Source of the DNA: Cenococcum geophilum
Taxonomy: Eukaryota
Assembly (NCBI GenBank): GCA_050273025.1
Contig: CP158635.1
Coordinates: 22,816,001-22,880,000, forward strand
DNA length: 64,000 nucleotides
Direction of reading: 5' to 3'
The position numbers and the translations under genes were made by a program. The notes under the pieces are model-generated. The model was not told the DNA's origin and searched no databases. It saw only the letters and a list, made by a program, of their open reading frames with translations. Positions 40,185-53,829 of this stretch are shown here, in pieces (the stretch's first letter is position 1; each line of letters begins with the position of its first letter).

Positions 40185-43100
40185 TGTTACGGCACTAGTG
40201 GAAACTGGGGGATTATAGCTGATAGATATCGGTAGATTATAGCAGGCAGTTGTAGATAGTCGTAGATAGTTTCCTATAGTTCTAAATAGTTACCGCTACG
40301 TAACTAGAGGATCGTATATAACGTTAAGCGGCGCCACCCTCCGTCTCCTTTCCTTTCTCTAGCTTTAGATCCTCGTTTATAGACTACTAATCATATAGGC
40401 TTACGCGTCCCTCTTACCGTACTTATGCCTTAATTAACTAAGTCGCTAACATTATCTAAAGCTTAACTACCTCTTCTTCCTAAGAAGGAACTTAAAAATA
40501 TTTATAAACTACAAATAAGAATAGAATACGGAAATAGACCTAAAGACTATTAATAGAACTAGAAGAACAAAAAAGAACAATAAGATTTATAGAATACGCA
40601 CGGACTGGAACCCCTGCAGAATCCTACTAAAAGTTACCCTAATAACTGTACCACGATGCTAAGAAATATAGTAGCCGGTAAAGCAGCCGTAGGACCCTTA
40701 AATACCTCTGATAGTAAAACAGCAATTAACTCGAACTCCTAGGTGGAGCTTATAGCAGCTAATGCCGAAATTAAACAACTTTAAGAGCTGCTTAAAGCTA
40801 GGGAACCCCCTATACCTAGTAAAGAGTTATTAGATACCTAGAGACTTACTATAGTCCTTAAGGCTCTAGCCTAATATACAGCCTTAGCATTGTCGCGGTC
40901 CGTAAAGGTTATAGACCCCCTATTGCTTACAGACGGAACTAATCCTATATTTAATAATTGGAAGCTCTAATTATAGGATAAGCTTAAAGTTAATGCGGAC
41001 CACTTCCCTACTACTTAGGCTAAAATGGCCTATGTCTTTGGCTGTACTGGTGGGGATATATAGATACACCTATATCCGCGGTACGTATAGGACTTAGCAA
41101 ATCCCTTCCTCTCTAAAGAAGAGATAATCGTCTATCTATCTTCTATTTATAAGGACCCCTTTAAAGTATAAAACGCCTAACTTAATTATAAAAGCCTAAA
41201 TATAAAAACGATAGAGACCTTCTCAGCCTTTTAGACCCGCTTTCTGTACCTAGCTAGCTAGGCTTAAATTCCCTAGGAAGATCTAATGCCAGACCTATTT
41301 AATAAGCTTACCCTAGACCTACAGCGAGCCGTATTACTAGTTTTTATTACTATATAGACGCTAAAGGAACTTACGGACTAGTGCTTAGCTATTAATTAAG
41401 GCCTTTACTAAATTAAGGTACGTGCCAAACGGTACAAAGCTAAAAGCCCTTTAAATTAGACTATGCAATATAAGAACAGCCCGCAATACCCCAGCATAAT
41501 TAGTAACCCCCGTAGCATCACCTATACAGCCCGCCGCTAATTTAGCAGCTAGCCATATGGCCAGTCCTACTATAGGTTTAGCGAATGCTCGGCCTATATA
41601 TAGCAACCCCTATATATAGGCCCTTAGTAATTAAGGAGCTTGCTTTTCTTACGATTAGAAAGGTTATTATGTAAAGGATTGCCTAACGGGCGTAAAAGCG
41701 GACAAGGTTTTATTAATCCAGTAGGATAGCATAGAGTTAAAAAAAAGAAGAACTCTAGAGGAAGACTCCTCTTTAGGGTTAAAAGGGATTAATATATTAG
41801 ATATTAATCTAGGTCAGCTAGTTAGTAGAAGAAGCTACACTATTCCTTATACTTTATTCCATAATAGATACTAAGTTTTAACCTCTGTTTTAGCTAACTC
41901 TAAAGTAAATACCTTTACCTTAATAGACACCTAATATGCTGTAAAGCTAGCTAACTTTCTAAATGCACCTATTAAAGAACTACCTAAACTAATTCCTATC
42001 CGCGGGGGGGTTTTTTTTTATATATTTTTTTATATCCATTGTATTATACTACGTACAATACTGCGCATGCAGCCTTAGGCTATAGCGCTATAGTTCTATA
42101 TATATAAATCCTTTCTAGGCAGCTTAATATATACTAGTAGCTATGTCCTAGTAGTTTATAAACCCCTAAATTAGGAGTTTATAGTTTCCTAGTAAAATAC
42201 TAAGATACTACAACTACTAGGGAATGAGAAAATAGTAAGAAGAACTATACGAAATCCTAACCCCTGTCCCTATTCTTTTGCAATTTATTTCTATCCTTTT
42301 GCTCTCTAATATCTTTTTAAGAGCCTAGTAGGAGTTGCCTCCTTCTAAAATCCTATCTGTTTTATTCTTTTACAGAATCTTCTTCGCGTACTAGTTTAGC
42401 AGCTTTAAGAGTCTTATAGTCTTTACTATTAGCAAAGTGTTTTTCTTTATAATTAATGCAAAGAGGGGTGGTATGCTGGCAAGGCTTGCCTATTGTTATA
42501 CAGGTAGAACAGGAATAGTCTTTAAATAAATATGCAGCTATATAGTATCTGCAGGCCCTAGTAGAGCATCTATCTCCTATATGGCCAAATTTTTGGCAGC
42601 TCGTATACTGCATAGTAGGAGAGACTTCGAGGTATTTTACTACCTTAGTAGCTGTACCTGCAATTAATATCTCTTTTTACTTAAGGATTTCTTGTCTTTT
42701 TTCTTCATTCTCTATAGTAAAAACTATAGAGCCAAATCTGGTCTATAGATTGTGTCTTTTTATACTAGATAAGATCTATCTAGGTAGCCCTTATATCCTT
42801 ATAGGATTAAAGGTCTTAATTTCTTCTTTTAGAAGCTTAGAGCCTCCTTCTCCTAGGAAAGGTAGGGTAGGAACTCCATAGGCTATAATTTAAACCTATG
42901 GTTCTAGTTTTTGTTCTCTTTAAAAGGTAAAGCAGTTATGCTAGATTTCCTTATATTTAACTAGGAAATCCGCATTATACTCTTCCGTAGTCGTAAGGAG
43001 AATATTTTATTTTCCTTTAGTTCTAGCTATGGATGCTAAAATAGGGTTTTTTACTTGCAGTTTTAATGCAAATAGTTAATTAACTTTGTTTCGTATAGAG

Positions 43101-46100
43101 AAGGTATCTAGAGGTTAGTCCTTTTTGTCTATAATTAGGACTAGCTTTCTTTCTTATAGCTGCTTTTTCTTACTTCTAGTAGAAGTAGAAGGAGTAGGAA
43201 ATAGTAGTGACGAGAAGGGTAGAGAGGACGAAGTAGGGAGGTCCTTCTTTAGCCTCTCTGCGTAGGCTTCTTTAGTAGGGGCTACCTCCTTACGGAGAGC
43301 TCTTACTTCTTTAACTAGTCCTTCTAGGATATCTTTTGTCTTTTCTTTTCCTTTTATAAAGGGATTTTCTCCTACTAGGACACTACGTATATAGTCCTCT
43401 AGCTATTTAACTTATTCCTTTTTATCTTCTTTTTTTTCTTCTTCTTCTAGCCCTTTATAGGCCTGGGTTAGGCTATCTAAAGCCTTTTATAGGTGTTATT
43501 CTAGAGAAAGGGGAGAGAAAGATATATTAGGTATACCAGCCGTAAAAGTCATTAGTTTAGTTATCTTTTTATAGGTTTTTGGTTTTCTTTTTCAGTAGAA
43601 GACTAAGGATGTCCTCTTTTTTCTCCTATCCCAAATAGGCCAGGAGAAGGAGAAGGGCTAAAAAAAGTGAATGTAGATATAGACTCATTATCACTTATTT
43701 CTATAGGAGGTTTCTTTTTAGGCCTACTGGGCCTTGGCATTTTGTGTCTTATAGGGGGGCTTTCCTAGTTTTTACTATCCTTATACCCTTCTCCTTACTA
43801 ATCCTACTAGAAGATTTCTGGGGAGATTAGGCTAAGAGGTAGTAGAGAAACTAGCCCCTATTTTATAGTTTTAGTATTAGTAGTAGTAGTAGTAGTTTTA
43901 GTGTTCCTGTCCGTGCCTCGCTTATAAGCTAGGGCCACCCTTAAAGAAATTTTTTCTATTAGGAAAAGGGGGTAAAACGACAAATAAATCCACCTCTAGC
44001 TCGCTAGGCAGTAGGAATTAGGTCTTAAAAGTTAAAAAATCAATTGTTTTTGATGGTAAGATGGGTATGCGTAAGTTTTAGAGTGTGGCGCTACCTTTTA
44101 GTAAGGTTGCATATATGGTAAAGGTCTATCCGCGGGTATAACGGGCGGATAGGGCCACCTATTACAACTATCTTGCGGATTTACCTCCGTGTTAATAGAC
44201 AAAGGCAGTATAACATCCCCTTCCTTATTATAGACCTAGGTAGCCACAATATAATCTTAAGGCGAAAATGGCTAGCCTATTTAGGCTTATAGCTCAATAT
44301 ATAGAGTAAACGGCTTATCTAGCCTAAAACCCTACCCCTAACCCCTTCCTTTATAAAAGAAATTAGCATTATAATAAAAAACCTTATATAGCCCTAGATT
44401 AATACTATTTACTAGGCTAATGCTATGCGTAGAGACTAGGCCTTTAAGAAAGATATACAGCTTAATTTATAACGGATCTGTATACTACATCACCCCCAAA
44501 CTACCTATATTACGCTACCCGCATTAAAAACCTAGAAAGTTAGTAGTGACCTAAAAAAAGCCCCCTATAGAGAGCTTAGGCCCTATACAGCTACAAAGAA
44601 CAGTAAGGGACGTTAAACGTTACACTAAACTAATAAATTAGAGGAATAACCTACGGAAGATAAAATAGGAGCTAAGAAAGATTATAAACCCTAGACCGCA
44701 AAATATAGTCCGGAAAACAGCTATAAGGAAACCCGCGGACCTCCTACTAGTTAATATCTGCTGCATTAGTGCCGTAGGATTCTACTAGAACTTAGTTCAG
44801 CCTAATACCGTTACCTTTATAATAAGCTTATACAAAATTAATTAAATAATTAAGGAAAAGGGAAGCGAGCTTAGCGGATAAAAATGCGAGCTTATAGATA
44901 AGGAACTAGTAAAACAAAAGCTGCCCTATTAACACCAGAAATTTAAAAACGTATTCTCTAAAGCAGTATCTAATATACTTCCACCTTACTAACCATATAA
45001 CTATAAGATTAAGATTAAGCAGGGCAAGGAAAACATACTTAGCTTTAGCCCCCTCTATAAGCAGTCTATTACTAAATTGTAGGCTATAAAGCAGTATCTT
45101 ATTAATAACCTAAATAAGGGCTTTATTAAGCCTAGCTAAGCCCCTTTTACCTTACCTATTCTCTTTATTAAAAAGCTAAATAGAGGACTCCGCTTCTATA
45201 TTAACTACTATAAGCTAAATAATATAACCCGCAAGGACCGCTATTCGCTACCCCTACTTAATAAGACTCTGGCCCAAATAAGTAGAGCTAAGGTCTTTAT
45301 AAAGCTTAATATCCGCTAGGCCTTTTATTAAATTAGAATAGACCCTAGGTCTAAAGATCTTATTATATTTCGGACCTATTACAAAGCGTATAAATATAAG
45401 GTACTCCCTTTTAGACTAACTAATAGACTAGCTATATACCAGCGGTATATAAACAATGTACTCTTTAACTACCTTAACGACTTCTATACGGCCTATTTAG
45501 ATAATATTATAATCTACTTTAAGAATAAGCTAGAATACAAGGAGCACGTCCATAAAGTCCTATAATAGCTCTATAAGGCTAGCCTCTAGGTTAATATTAA
45601 GAAGTTAGAGTTTAGTATTAAGCGTATAAAGTACCTAGGTTTTATTATTAGTATAAACGGAATTAAAACCGACCCAAAGAAAACGGCTATAATTAACCAG
45701 TAGGCACCCCCATAGACCGTAAAGGGGGTATAATCATTTTTAGGTTTTTATAACTTCTATTAACACTTTATTAAGAACTATAGTAGGATTGCTTAGCCTC
45801 TTAACCGTCTTACTAAAAAAGACTAGCCCTTCTACTTTAACGCTATATATAGGCAGGCCTTTAATAAACTTAAGAAACAGCTAATATTGGCTCCCCTACT
45901 TGCTCATTTTAACCTAAAACGGCCCTTAATGCTAGAAACTAATGCCTTAGACAACGCGATAGCTAATATTTTTTCCCAGAAGCAACCAGACGAAGAGTAG
46001 CACCCTATTACATACTATTTAAAGACTATAATAGATGCTAAGCTAAACTACCACATCTATAATAAAGAAATGCTGGCTATTATCTCTAGCTTTTAGCACT

Positions 46101-48298
46101 AGCGTATATAGCTAGAGGGGACCCCTAGGCCGATTAAGGTAGTTTTAGATTATAAGGCCCTAGATACTTTATAACAACTAAGGCCCTTATAGCCCAGTAG
46201 GCACGCTAGGCGGATACCCTATCTTAGTTTAACTTCTTAATTATATATAAACCAGGCGCTATAAACCGTACGGACGCTCTTATAAGGCGTAAGCAAGACC
46301 TAAATAACCAGACAGCTATAAAGATCTTATTATAAACCTAGACGCTACTATAACTAGAATACCTTAACCCCTAGATATAGGCAGAACTAAGCATGGACTC
46401 CTTAGGCGCCAAGATATATCCTATTAACTCCTCTAAACTTAACCTTATTAATAAATTACTATAGGCTAACCAAACAACCCCCTCTCTATAGGAGTACCGC
46501 AAAAAGGTAAAGAACGTCGCTAGCCTATAATCCCTTAAAAACGGACTACTTAAGCACTAGGAACGGCTAGTAGTAGCTAAAAAACAAAACTTACGGACCC
46601 AGCTTATTACCAAAGCTTATACCTAGGTCTCTACGGCCTACCCTAGAAAAAATAAAACCTATAAGATTATTAGCAACCACTACTACTAGCCTAAAATAAT
46701 AGCGGATATTAACCGCTATATACGGAACTATAACAACTACCGTAGATCTACAATTCCACAAGATAAGACCCTAGGACTATTAAAACCACTCCCAATACTA
46801 GAACGCCCCTAGTAGTATATCTTTATAGACTTCTACTAACTACCTACGGACCGCAACGGATACGATATAGTTATAATCCTAGTTAACTTCTTTAGTAAGC
46901 GCCTGTTCTTAATCCCCTATTATAAAAATATCAATGCTAAAGAGGTGGCCTAACTATATATCTACTACGTCTACCGAATTTACGGACTACTAGATACTAT
47001 TATATCCAATTATAGGCCGCAATTTATTTCGGCTTTCTAGAATAAGTTTACCCAAATCTTAGGTATTAAGCTAAAGCTTTTTATAGTATACCACCCCCAA
47101 ACAAATAATTAGACAGAAATTGTAAATTAATACTTAGACTAGAGACTTCGGCCCTTTATTAACTACTTCTAAAATAACTAGGCCAAACTACTACCCCTAA
47201 TAAACTACGCCCAAGCGACCCTACCTTACGACTCTATAGGATTTACCCCTATCTAGCTAAAAATGGGCTACTACCCCGTATAAGCTTTGACTAGGAAAAA
47301 CTAGAAGGACCCTAGACTATATATAAAAAAACTATCTTATAAGGAAGCCTAGTAGTACACCAAGCGCTTAAAAGAAGCCTAGATAGTAGCCTATACAAAT
47401 CTAGAAAAGGCCTAGAAATTAATATAACAGTAGACGAATAAGTATAGGCGAGAGCCTAACTTTGCCGTAGGAGATATAGTCTGGGTTATAATAAAAAACT
47501 AGAAGACGGAACGACTTAGCCATAAGCTAGATTATTAGATAGTAGGACCATATAAGGTTCTTAAGAAGATAGGTAACGCGTATAAAGTAAAGCTCCCAGA
47601 TTTAATTAAAGTTTACCCTATTTTCTCTCCGGATAAACTACGGAAAGCTATAAATAACCTATTACCTAAATAAAAGAATTAACCTCCCCTACCGATCTAA
47701 GTCAATAGCGACGACGAATAGGAAATTAAAGAAATACTGGCCTGTAAGCTTATAAGGGGAACGTTAAAATATTGTGTTAGTTAGAAAGGGTACAACTTAG
47801 ACCCCACTTAGTACCCTACATAGAACTTTATAGGTAGTCCCTATAAGCTTTAAAAATTTTATAGTTATTACCCTAACAAACCCGGACCCCTAAAGTACCT
47901 TAATAAGTAGATAGAGTGCTAGAATAGCGAAGATAATAAGCTGCCTATTAAGCATAAAAATAAGAATACCCTATAGATATAATACGGACGTATAAAGCTT
48001 AAGGGCAGGCTTTCCCGGAGGGGGGGGGTAATATTACGGCACTAGGGGATTATAGCTGATGGATATTAGTAAATTATGGCGGGCAGTCGCAGATAGTCGC
48101 AGATAGTCGCAGATAGTTTCTTATAGTTCTAAATAGTTGCCGCTATATAACTAGAGGATCGTATATAACGTTAAGCGGCGCCGCCCTCCGTCTCCTTTCC
48201 TTTCTCTAGCTTTAGATCTTCGTTTATAGATTACCAATCGTACAGGCTTGCGCGTCCCTCTTGCCGTACTCGTGCCTCGATTGACTAAGTCGCTAACA
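40185..48298 (+). mobile_element. Full-length Gypsy chromovirus (copy 3, U3 type B), RIP-inactivated, inserted in the LTR of copy 2
   Basis: 267-bp LTRs at 40185-40451 and 48032-48298, TSD ATAGC at 40180-40184 and 48299-48303; the internal region is collinear with copy 1. Confidence 0.95.
42007..44125 (-). mobile_element. 2.1-kb non-autonomous non-LTR retroelement encoding only a gag/ORF1-like protein
   Basis: 11-bp TSD CTATCCGCGGG (41996-42006 / 44126-44136) and a poly(A) tail on the minus strand. A degenerate ORF from about 43740 ends in LINE ORF1-type knuckles (CQKFGH...C; CIN(C>Y)KEKHFANSKD). There is no room for an RT. Confidence 0.85.
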
Positions 48299-48591
48299 AT
48301 AGCGCTAGTAGAAATTAGTGGAAACTAGTAGAAACTAGTAGATTATAGCTAATAGATATTAGTGGATTATAGTAGATAGTCGCAAATAGTTATAAATAGT
48401 TATGGATAGTTTTATATAGTTCTAGATAATTGCTATTACGTAACTAGAGGATTATATATAACGTTAAGCGGCGCCGCCCTCTATCTCCTTCCCTTTCTTT
48501 AGCTTTAGATCCTTGTTTATAAACTACCAATTATATAGGCTTACGCATCCCTCTTACCGCACTCGTGCCTTAATTAACTAAGTCGCTAATA

Positions 48592-49270
48592 TAGGGCTTT
48601 ATTCCCCTATAGGTTTATTCCCCTATAGGATTATTCCCCTAAGGCTTTTTTCCCCTAGGGCTTTTTAACCCTAAGGCCTACACTTTTAAATTTAGCGCTA
48701 TTAACGTATTTTAGACTAACCCTTTTATTTATAATCGTTAGAGTAAAGTTCCTTTAGGCCTTGCGGAGCTACCTTTAGGGGCGATCTTTTATATAGGAAT
48801 ATAAGCCGTAGGGGATTGGTTCCTATAGGGTGGTAGAATATATAGGCATTAGTACCCATAGGGAATTTATTAGCATAGGGAATTTATTAGCATAGGGAAT
48901 TTATTAGCATAGGGAATTTATTAGCGTAGGGGATTTATTAGAGTAGGGGACTAGATCCTATAGGGGATTTGTTAAAGTAGGGGACTAGATTCTATAGGGG
49001 ATTTATTAGCGTAGGGGATTTGTTAGAGTAGGGGACTAAATCTTATAGGGGATTTATTAGTATAGGGGATTTGTTAAAGTAGGGGACTGGATTCTATAGG
49101 GGATTTATTAGTGTAGGGAATTTATTAGAGTAGGGGACTAAATCCTATAGGGGATTTATTAAAGTAGGGGATTAGTTCCTATAGGGCGGCGAAATATATG
49201 GGCATTAGCTCTTATAGGGGATTTATTTAAGTAGGGGACTTATTTAAGTAGGGGATTAGTTAGAGTAGTG
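48592..49270. repeat. Two arrays of about 17-bp tandem repeats in opposite orientation
   Basis: ttattcccctatagg-type units at 48592-48680, and ataggggatttattagc / gtaggggactagatcct units at about 48855-49270. Confidence 0.85.
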
Positions 49271-49478
49271 GATTAATTCTTTTATGGCCTCAATTTAGGT
49301 GGTATAAGGCGGCTTCTAATAGGCTAGGGAGTAGATTATGTGTTTTGTAGAAAAATAAAGCCTATATAGGATAGTAGGGTATAGGGACCTAATAATCTAG
49401 TAGAAAATTGGGTTATCCGCTTTCCTAGGTTTATTTAGCCTACCCTATACTGTTTTATATATGTTTTAACTAAGGCTA

Positions 49479-52099
49479 CTACCTAGCCTTAGCCGCCTAA
49501 ATCTTTAGTTGTGCTGTAGAACATTATAAGATAATAAAATATTATTCTATTTACTTTGCTAATACCTTTAAATCCTTTTATACTTACTAAAGTATTTTCT
49601 TTATTCTAGAATATAGCTCTAGATTATCCTTCTTCTACTTCCTACTATTTAGAAATACTACTTTCCGGAGCCTATTAACCTAGGGGACTAATAACTAATA
49701 GTACGGCGTAAAGTACTCCTCTGCTGTTTTAATGAAATCACTTTTATAAGCTACCCCTTCTTTTTTTAACTTAGCTAGCTCTTTAGTGTTAATATAATTC
49801 TACTTCTTAAACCTTGGGATAGGCTTGCGCTTTTTATTTAGACCCTTATAATAAATGCATATCTAGAAAAACACCTAGAAGAACAACTCTAAATTATACC
49901 TAAAGGAGTGTTTCTCGCCTAGAAGTACTTCTATAGCCATAAACGCTCTTATATTAGTTTTACCCCGTACTTCTAAAAGTCCTTTTCACTTCTTTTTAAT
50001 CGCGAGATTGAGATTAATTAAGAATGACTTCTAGGAGGGATTGTCGTCTTCCTTATTTATTAAGAGGTTGCCTATTAAAATATTACGTTAGAGGATGCTG
50101 GCCTGCGTATATAAAGACTAATATCCTTTAATACTACCCTTTAGCGTAGTAAGCATTATAGCCGGAGAGCTTGCCTTATAAAGAGCCTTTCTATAGTTAT
50201 AAGTAATAACGCGTTAATATACCTAATTCTATATAATAGGGCGCTTAATTAGAGAGCTTAAATATAGGTGCTTATTAGGCGGTAACGGGGCGTTGGTATA
50301 GCTGGACAACCTCTTTCTACTAGTACTTTGGCCTTTCTTTATACTGCCTTATACTCTAGCTACGCTTAAAGGCATTATTAGGCTTTTAGGCTTATAGTTT
50401 GTTACTTTAGTAATATCCAGCCCCTTGCGGATATTAAAGATATTATTATCTTATCTACCTATATAAATAGTCCTATAGTAATAGTACCTAGCTATATTAA
50501 TTACTCCTTTCTCTACTGCCTTACGTAGTAGTTTACCTTTTTCCTTGCGTTTTAGGTACTGCTATAAGTCTTTAATAATAAGAGGTATTTTAGAGGTGTT
50601 ACTCTTACGGTGCGCCTTTTAGTAAGTTGTCGCCTAATTAGTAATATAGGGTGCCCGCTTTATAAGTTTGTTAAGGATAAGATACTTAGTCTAATTATTA
50701 CGCACGACCTTAATATATTGTTTGCCGTCTGATATTAAAATAGTAGGGTTAAACCTAAGCTGCTCTTTTTTTCTTTTTTTTATATCCATTGTATTATACT
50801 ACATACAATACTGCGCATGCAGCCTCTAGGCTATGGCGCTATAGTCCTATATACATGAATCCCTTAGGGCAGCTTAACATGTACTAGTAACTATGTCCTA
50901 GTAGTTTATAAAAAGCTGCTCTTTATTTATTAAGAGAAACCCTAATATCGCCGAGGTAAATTATAGTCCGTCTTTATTAATATTAAATAGTGATAATGTA
51001 ATGCCTTCTACCTGGTTATACTCCTATAGCTATATAATAGATTTATAAAGGGTAAAACCTAGGACAAAGCGGCGATTGTTCTAAGTGGCGAAGACTTCCC
51101 TTATATATTTCCCTGAAGTAAACTATGCCTGCAAGGCTATATTGGTATTTAAATTACTCTTTAGCTCTCCTAGTATAAGTATATGTAACTAATAGTATTA
51201 AGAGCTTTCGCTAGCTATTGGATTATCTACAAAACTAATATTTAGCTTTTGCTTTGCTATAGACCCTTATAAGGGCTGCTTAGTATATATAACGAGCTTT
51301 TATCGTGTCTTTAGGGCGGACCCATGCTTCTCTATAAAGCCTAAAAATGATTTAATTAGGTTATTAAACTACTCTAGGATATTATCTTGCTCTGCGCTTT
51401 TAGGCCAGTTTCGCTAGCTACCCTTATCGGCGTATAGTAGATTGTCCCCTTCCTTGCATTTCTTAAAAACGGCGGCGCTTGCCTCTTTAAGACCTTCTAC
51501 TTCCCTAAAGAATGCTTTATATAAGCTAGGAATCCCCACATAAAGAGGGCCTAGCTCCTCCTTTAAAATATTATCTATATATTTTCTGTGTTTGGATAAG
51601 TTGGCGAAGCTACTTATATTATATAGATATGGGGTTTAAACGTAAAATGGTAGCGGTTGGGGGGGAGGCGTAGACTTTATTATAATGGCGTATGCCTTTT
51701 CCTAGATAACCTTATTAGGTTCAATCTAAAGGATCGTATTTAGAAGAGGTAGGAACCGCTTAATGTTAAAGTTATTAGAACCGACCGCTAAATTAAGTCT
51801 TAATAGATTAATAAGAAGGCTTTTATTGCCGCTATTAGATGGTAATAAATAAGAAGTGGGAAGGCCCTATAGAGCTAGTATTAGATTAAGTAAAATATTC
51901 TTTAGTTCTATAAGCGTTAGATAGAAACTTGTAATAGGTATATTAGCAATTACCTTTATTACCTATCTAGTGTAATAAGTTTAAAGAGCTAGAGATATCT
52001 AGATCCTAATAAGCTAAGTTAAATAAATCGCGAAAGTTATTTAGTCCTTCTCTAATAGGTTTTGTTTTAATTATCTCTAATTAGGAGGGATTTGCTATT
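49479..52099 (-). pseudogene. FunK1 (Pkinase_fungal) protein kinase, RIP-destroyed
   Basis: Minus-strand motifs ILGELKSN, EVFAT.(D>N)NRRFVLGFTL, IL.R(D>N)I.IGNLL, FLI(D>N)L(D>N)LA and RAFMAIEVLLGEKHSFR(HD>YN)LE.FF. Boundaries are approximate. Confidence 0.88.
50769..50912 (-). mobile_element. 5'-truncated copy (3' end and poly-A) of the ORF1-only retroelement family, inserted in the FunK1 pseudogene
   Basis: Matches about 42025-42165; 12-bp TSD AAGCTGCTCTTT (50757-50768 / 50913-50924). Confidence 0.9.
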
Positions 52100-53829
52100 A
52101 TAAGTAAACGCGCTAAGAGCTATATTGGGAGGGCCGATATAGTAAGCGGGTAGGTAGATAAGAAGGGGAGATTAAAGAGGCTAGTATATAATGGATGGTA
52201 TAATAATAGATAAGTGTAGGGAGGTTAAGTATACGTCGGGCGCGTCTTGCAATGAGGAAATGACTAGGGAGAAAAGTATAAGGAAGAAAGTAAGGTGCGA
52301 GCGAACGCGAGAATTAAAGATTGGGCGTAGAAAAGTCAAGCCGATCTAATATGGCTTAGACTAAGGCTTTATAGGGCTTAGTTAAATGCTAAGCTATAAT
52401 AGCTGGGTAGGCAGCGTTTTTTAGTCTATAACTAATTACACCTATTAGTCTTAGCCCGTTTCGCGAAGCGTAAGGCTTATATAGCGGGGCTCTTATATAG
52501 CGAAGCTGAAGGGGCTAGAGAACGGGTTAACTATATGCCTATAATCGATTACGTAGCTAATCCCAAAATGAGCTAAACCTAATATGCTAAATATAGATAC
52601 AACCTCTTTTTATAGCAGTTAATCGACCTATTTCCCAAAAACTGGATTCTGTTCCTAGAACCGGATCCAGTTTTTAGGGTTGCGCCCTTTTTATAGTAGT
52701 TAATTGGCCTATATTTTAAAACTGGAATTAGAATTTAGTCTCTAGAATTAAATCTAGTTTTTAAAATCGCAATTTAAGTTAGAACTGAAAATAATCTAAT
52801 TGGCTTAATACTATATATTTTTAGTTACGTTTAGTATATTTGGGACCTAGAGTTGGGATATAGCCTTTAGAATTAGAATATGGTTTTTATAATTGGATCT
52901 AGTTCTTAAAACAAGATCTTGTTTTTAGTTGAAACTTAGGCTAATATTAAGGGGTAGATTCTATATTTATTCTTAATATTCCTACCTTATTAATATGCAA
53001 TTTAGAGCTAACTCGCACCTTAGTTACCCTATAAAACGCTAATAGGCTATTAATTATCTAGTACTATAGTAATGTGTTTAAAGTAAAGGTTACTACTAAG
53101 GTTAAAGCGAGCCACAAATAAGAATTTTCGAAAGTAAAAGGAGACCTTTTTACAAAAGGTCAATAGATTAAAGCGAGATTATAACGCAGATTGCTATATC
53201 CTAATACAGCGTAACGGTCGATTTTATACCTATACGTCTATAGATTAACCTTTATAGCCTCTAAACATATAAGATCTAGTAGGCCCTTTTCTCTCTATTG
53301 CTATACGGACTACTAATTACTTTAAAGAAAAAGTTCCACCCCACACCAGTTAAGAAAACGCTAGCATATTTTAACTAGATTAAAGAGGGTAGGCTAATAA
53401 AGGCTAATTCTAAGATATCTGGATTAAAAAGTAATAAGTCTTTTCTTTATAGAGGACTATAAATTATAGGCTGGCCTAATTTACGCTGCCAAGTATATAA
53501 AGGTGGAGAACTATTATGCGAGCTAGGTGATTTGCTAAGACTAAACTAGTATAATATAGGTTTAGGTAGGGCATCCTAAGGGATATTTCTTCTTAGGATG
53601 GCCTAAAATTAACTATAGTAAAGACTCTTATAGAGATCTCTAGTAATTACTATAACTTAGCTAAGAGTCGTATTATAATTAAAGTATCTAGTTTCTAATT
53701 TATAAAAATAAAGTGATGTAAATACTAATTAAATAGTATACTTTTTGCGAAATCTGTAAGCGAAATACGTAAGCTAAACGCTAACTATCTAGAGATGGCC
53801 ACTAAAAACCGGCCAAAGGTATATCGCTG

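Larger units (their letters stand above)
37940..48591 (+). mobile_element. 5'-truncated Gypsy chromovirus (copy 2): RNase H end, integrase and chromodomain; 3' LTR split (40176-40184 + 48304-48591) by copy 3
   Basis: Aligns with 8800-10730 of copy 1; PPT at about 40161-40172; the LTR resumes after the ATAGC duplication. Confidence 0.9.

Noticed and set aside
48592..49270. Telomere-like TAGGG/CCCTA repeats
   Set aside because: The units are about 17 bp, not (TTAGGG)n, and the arrays are internal.
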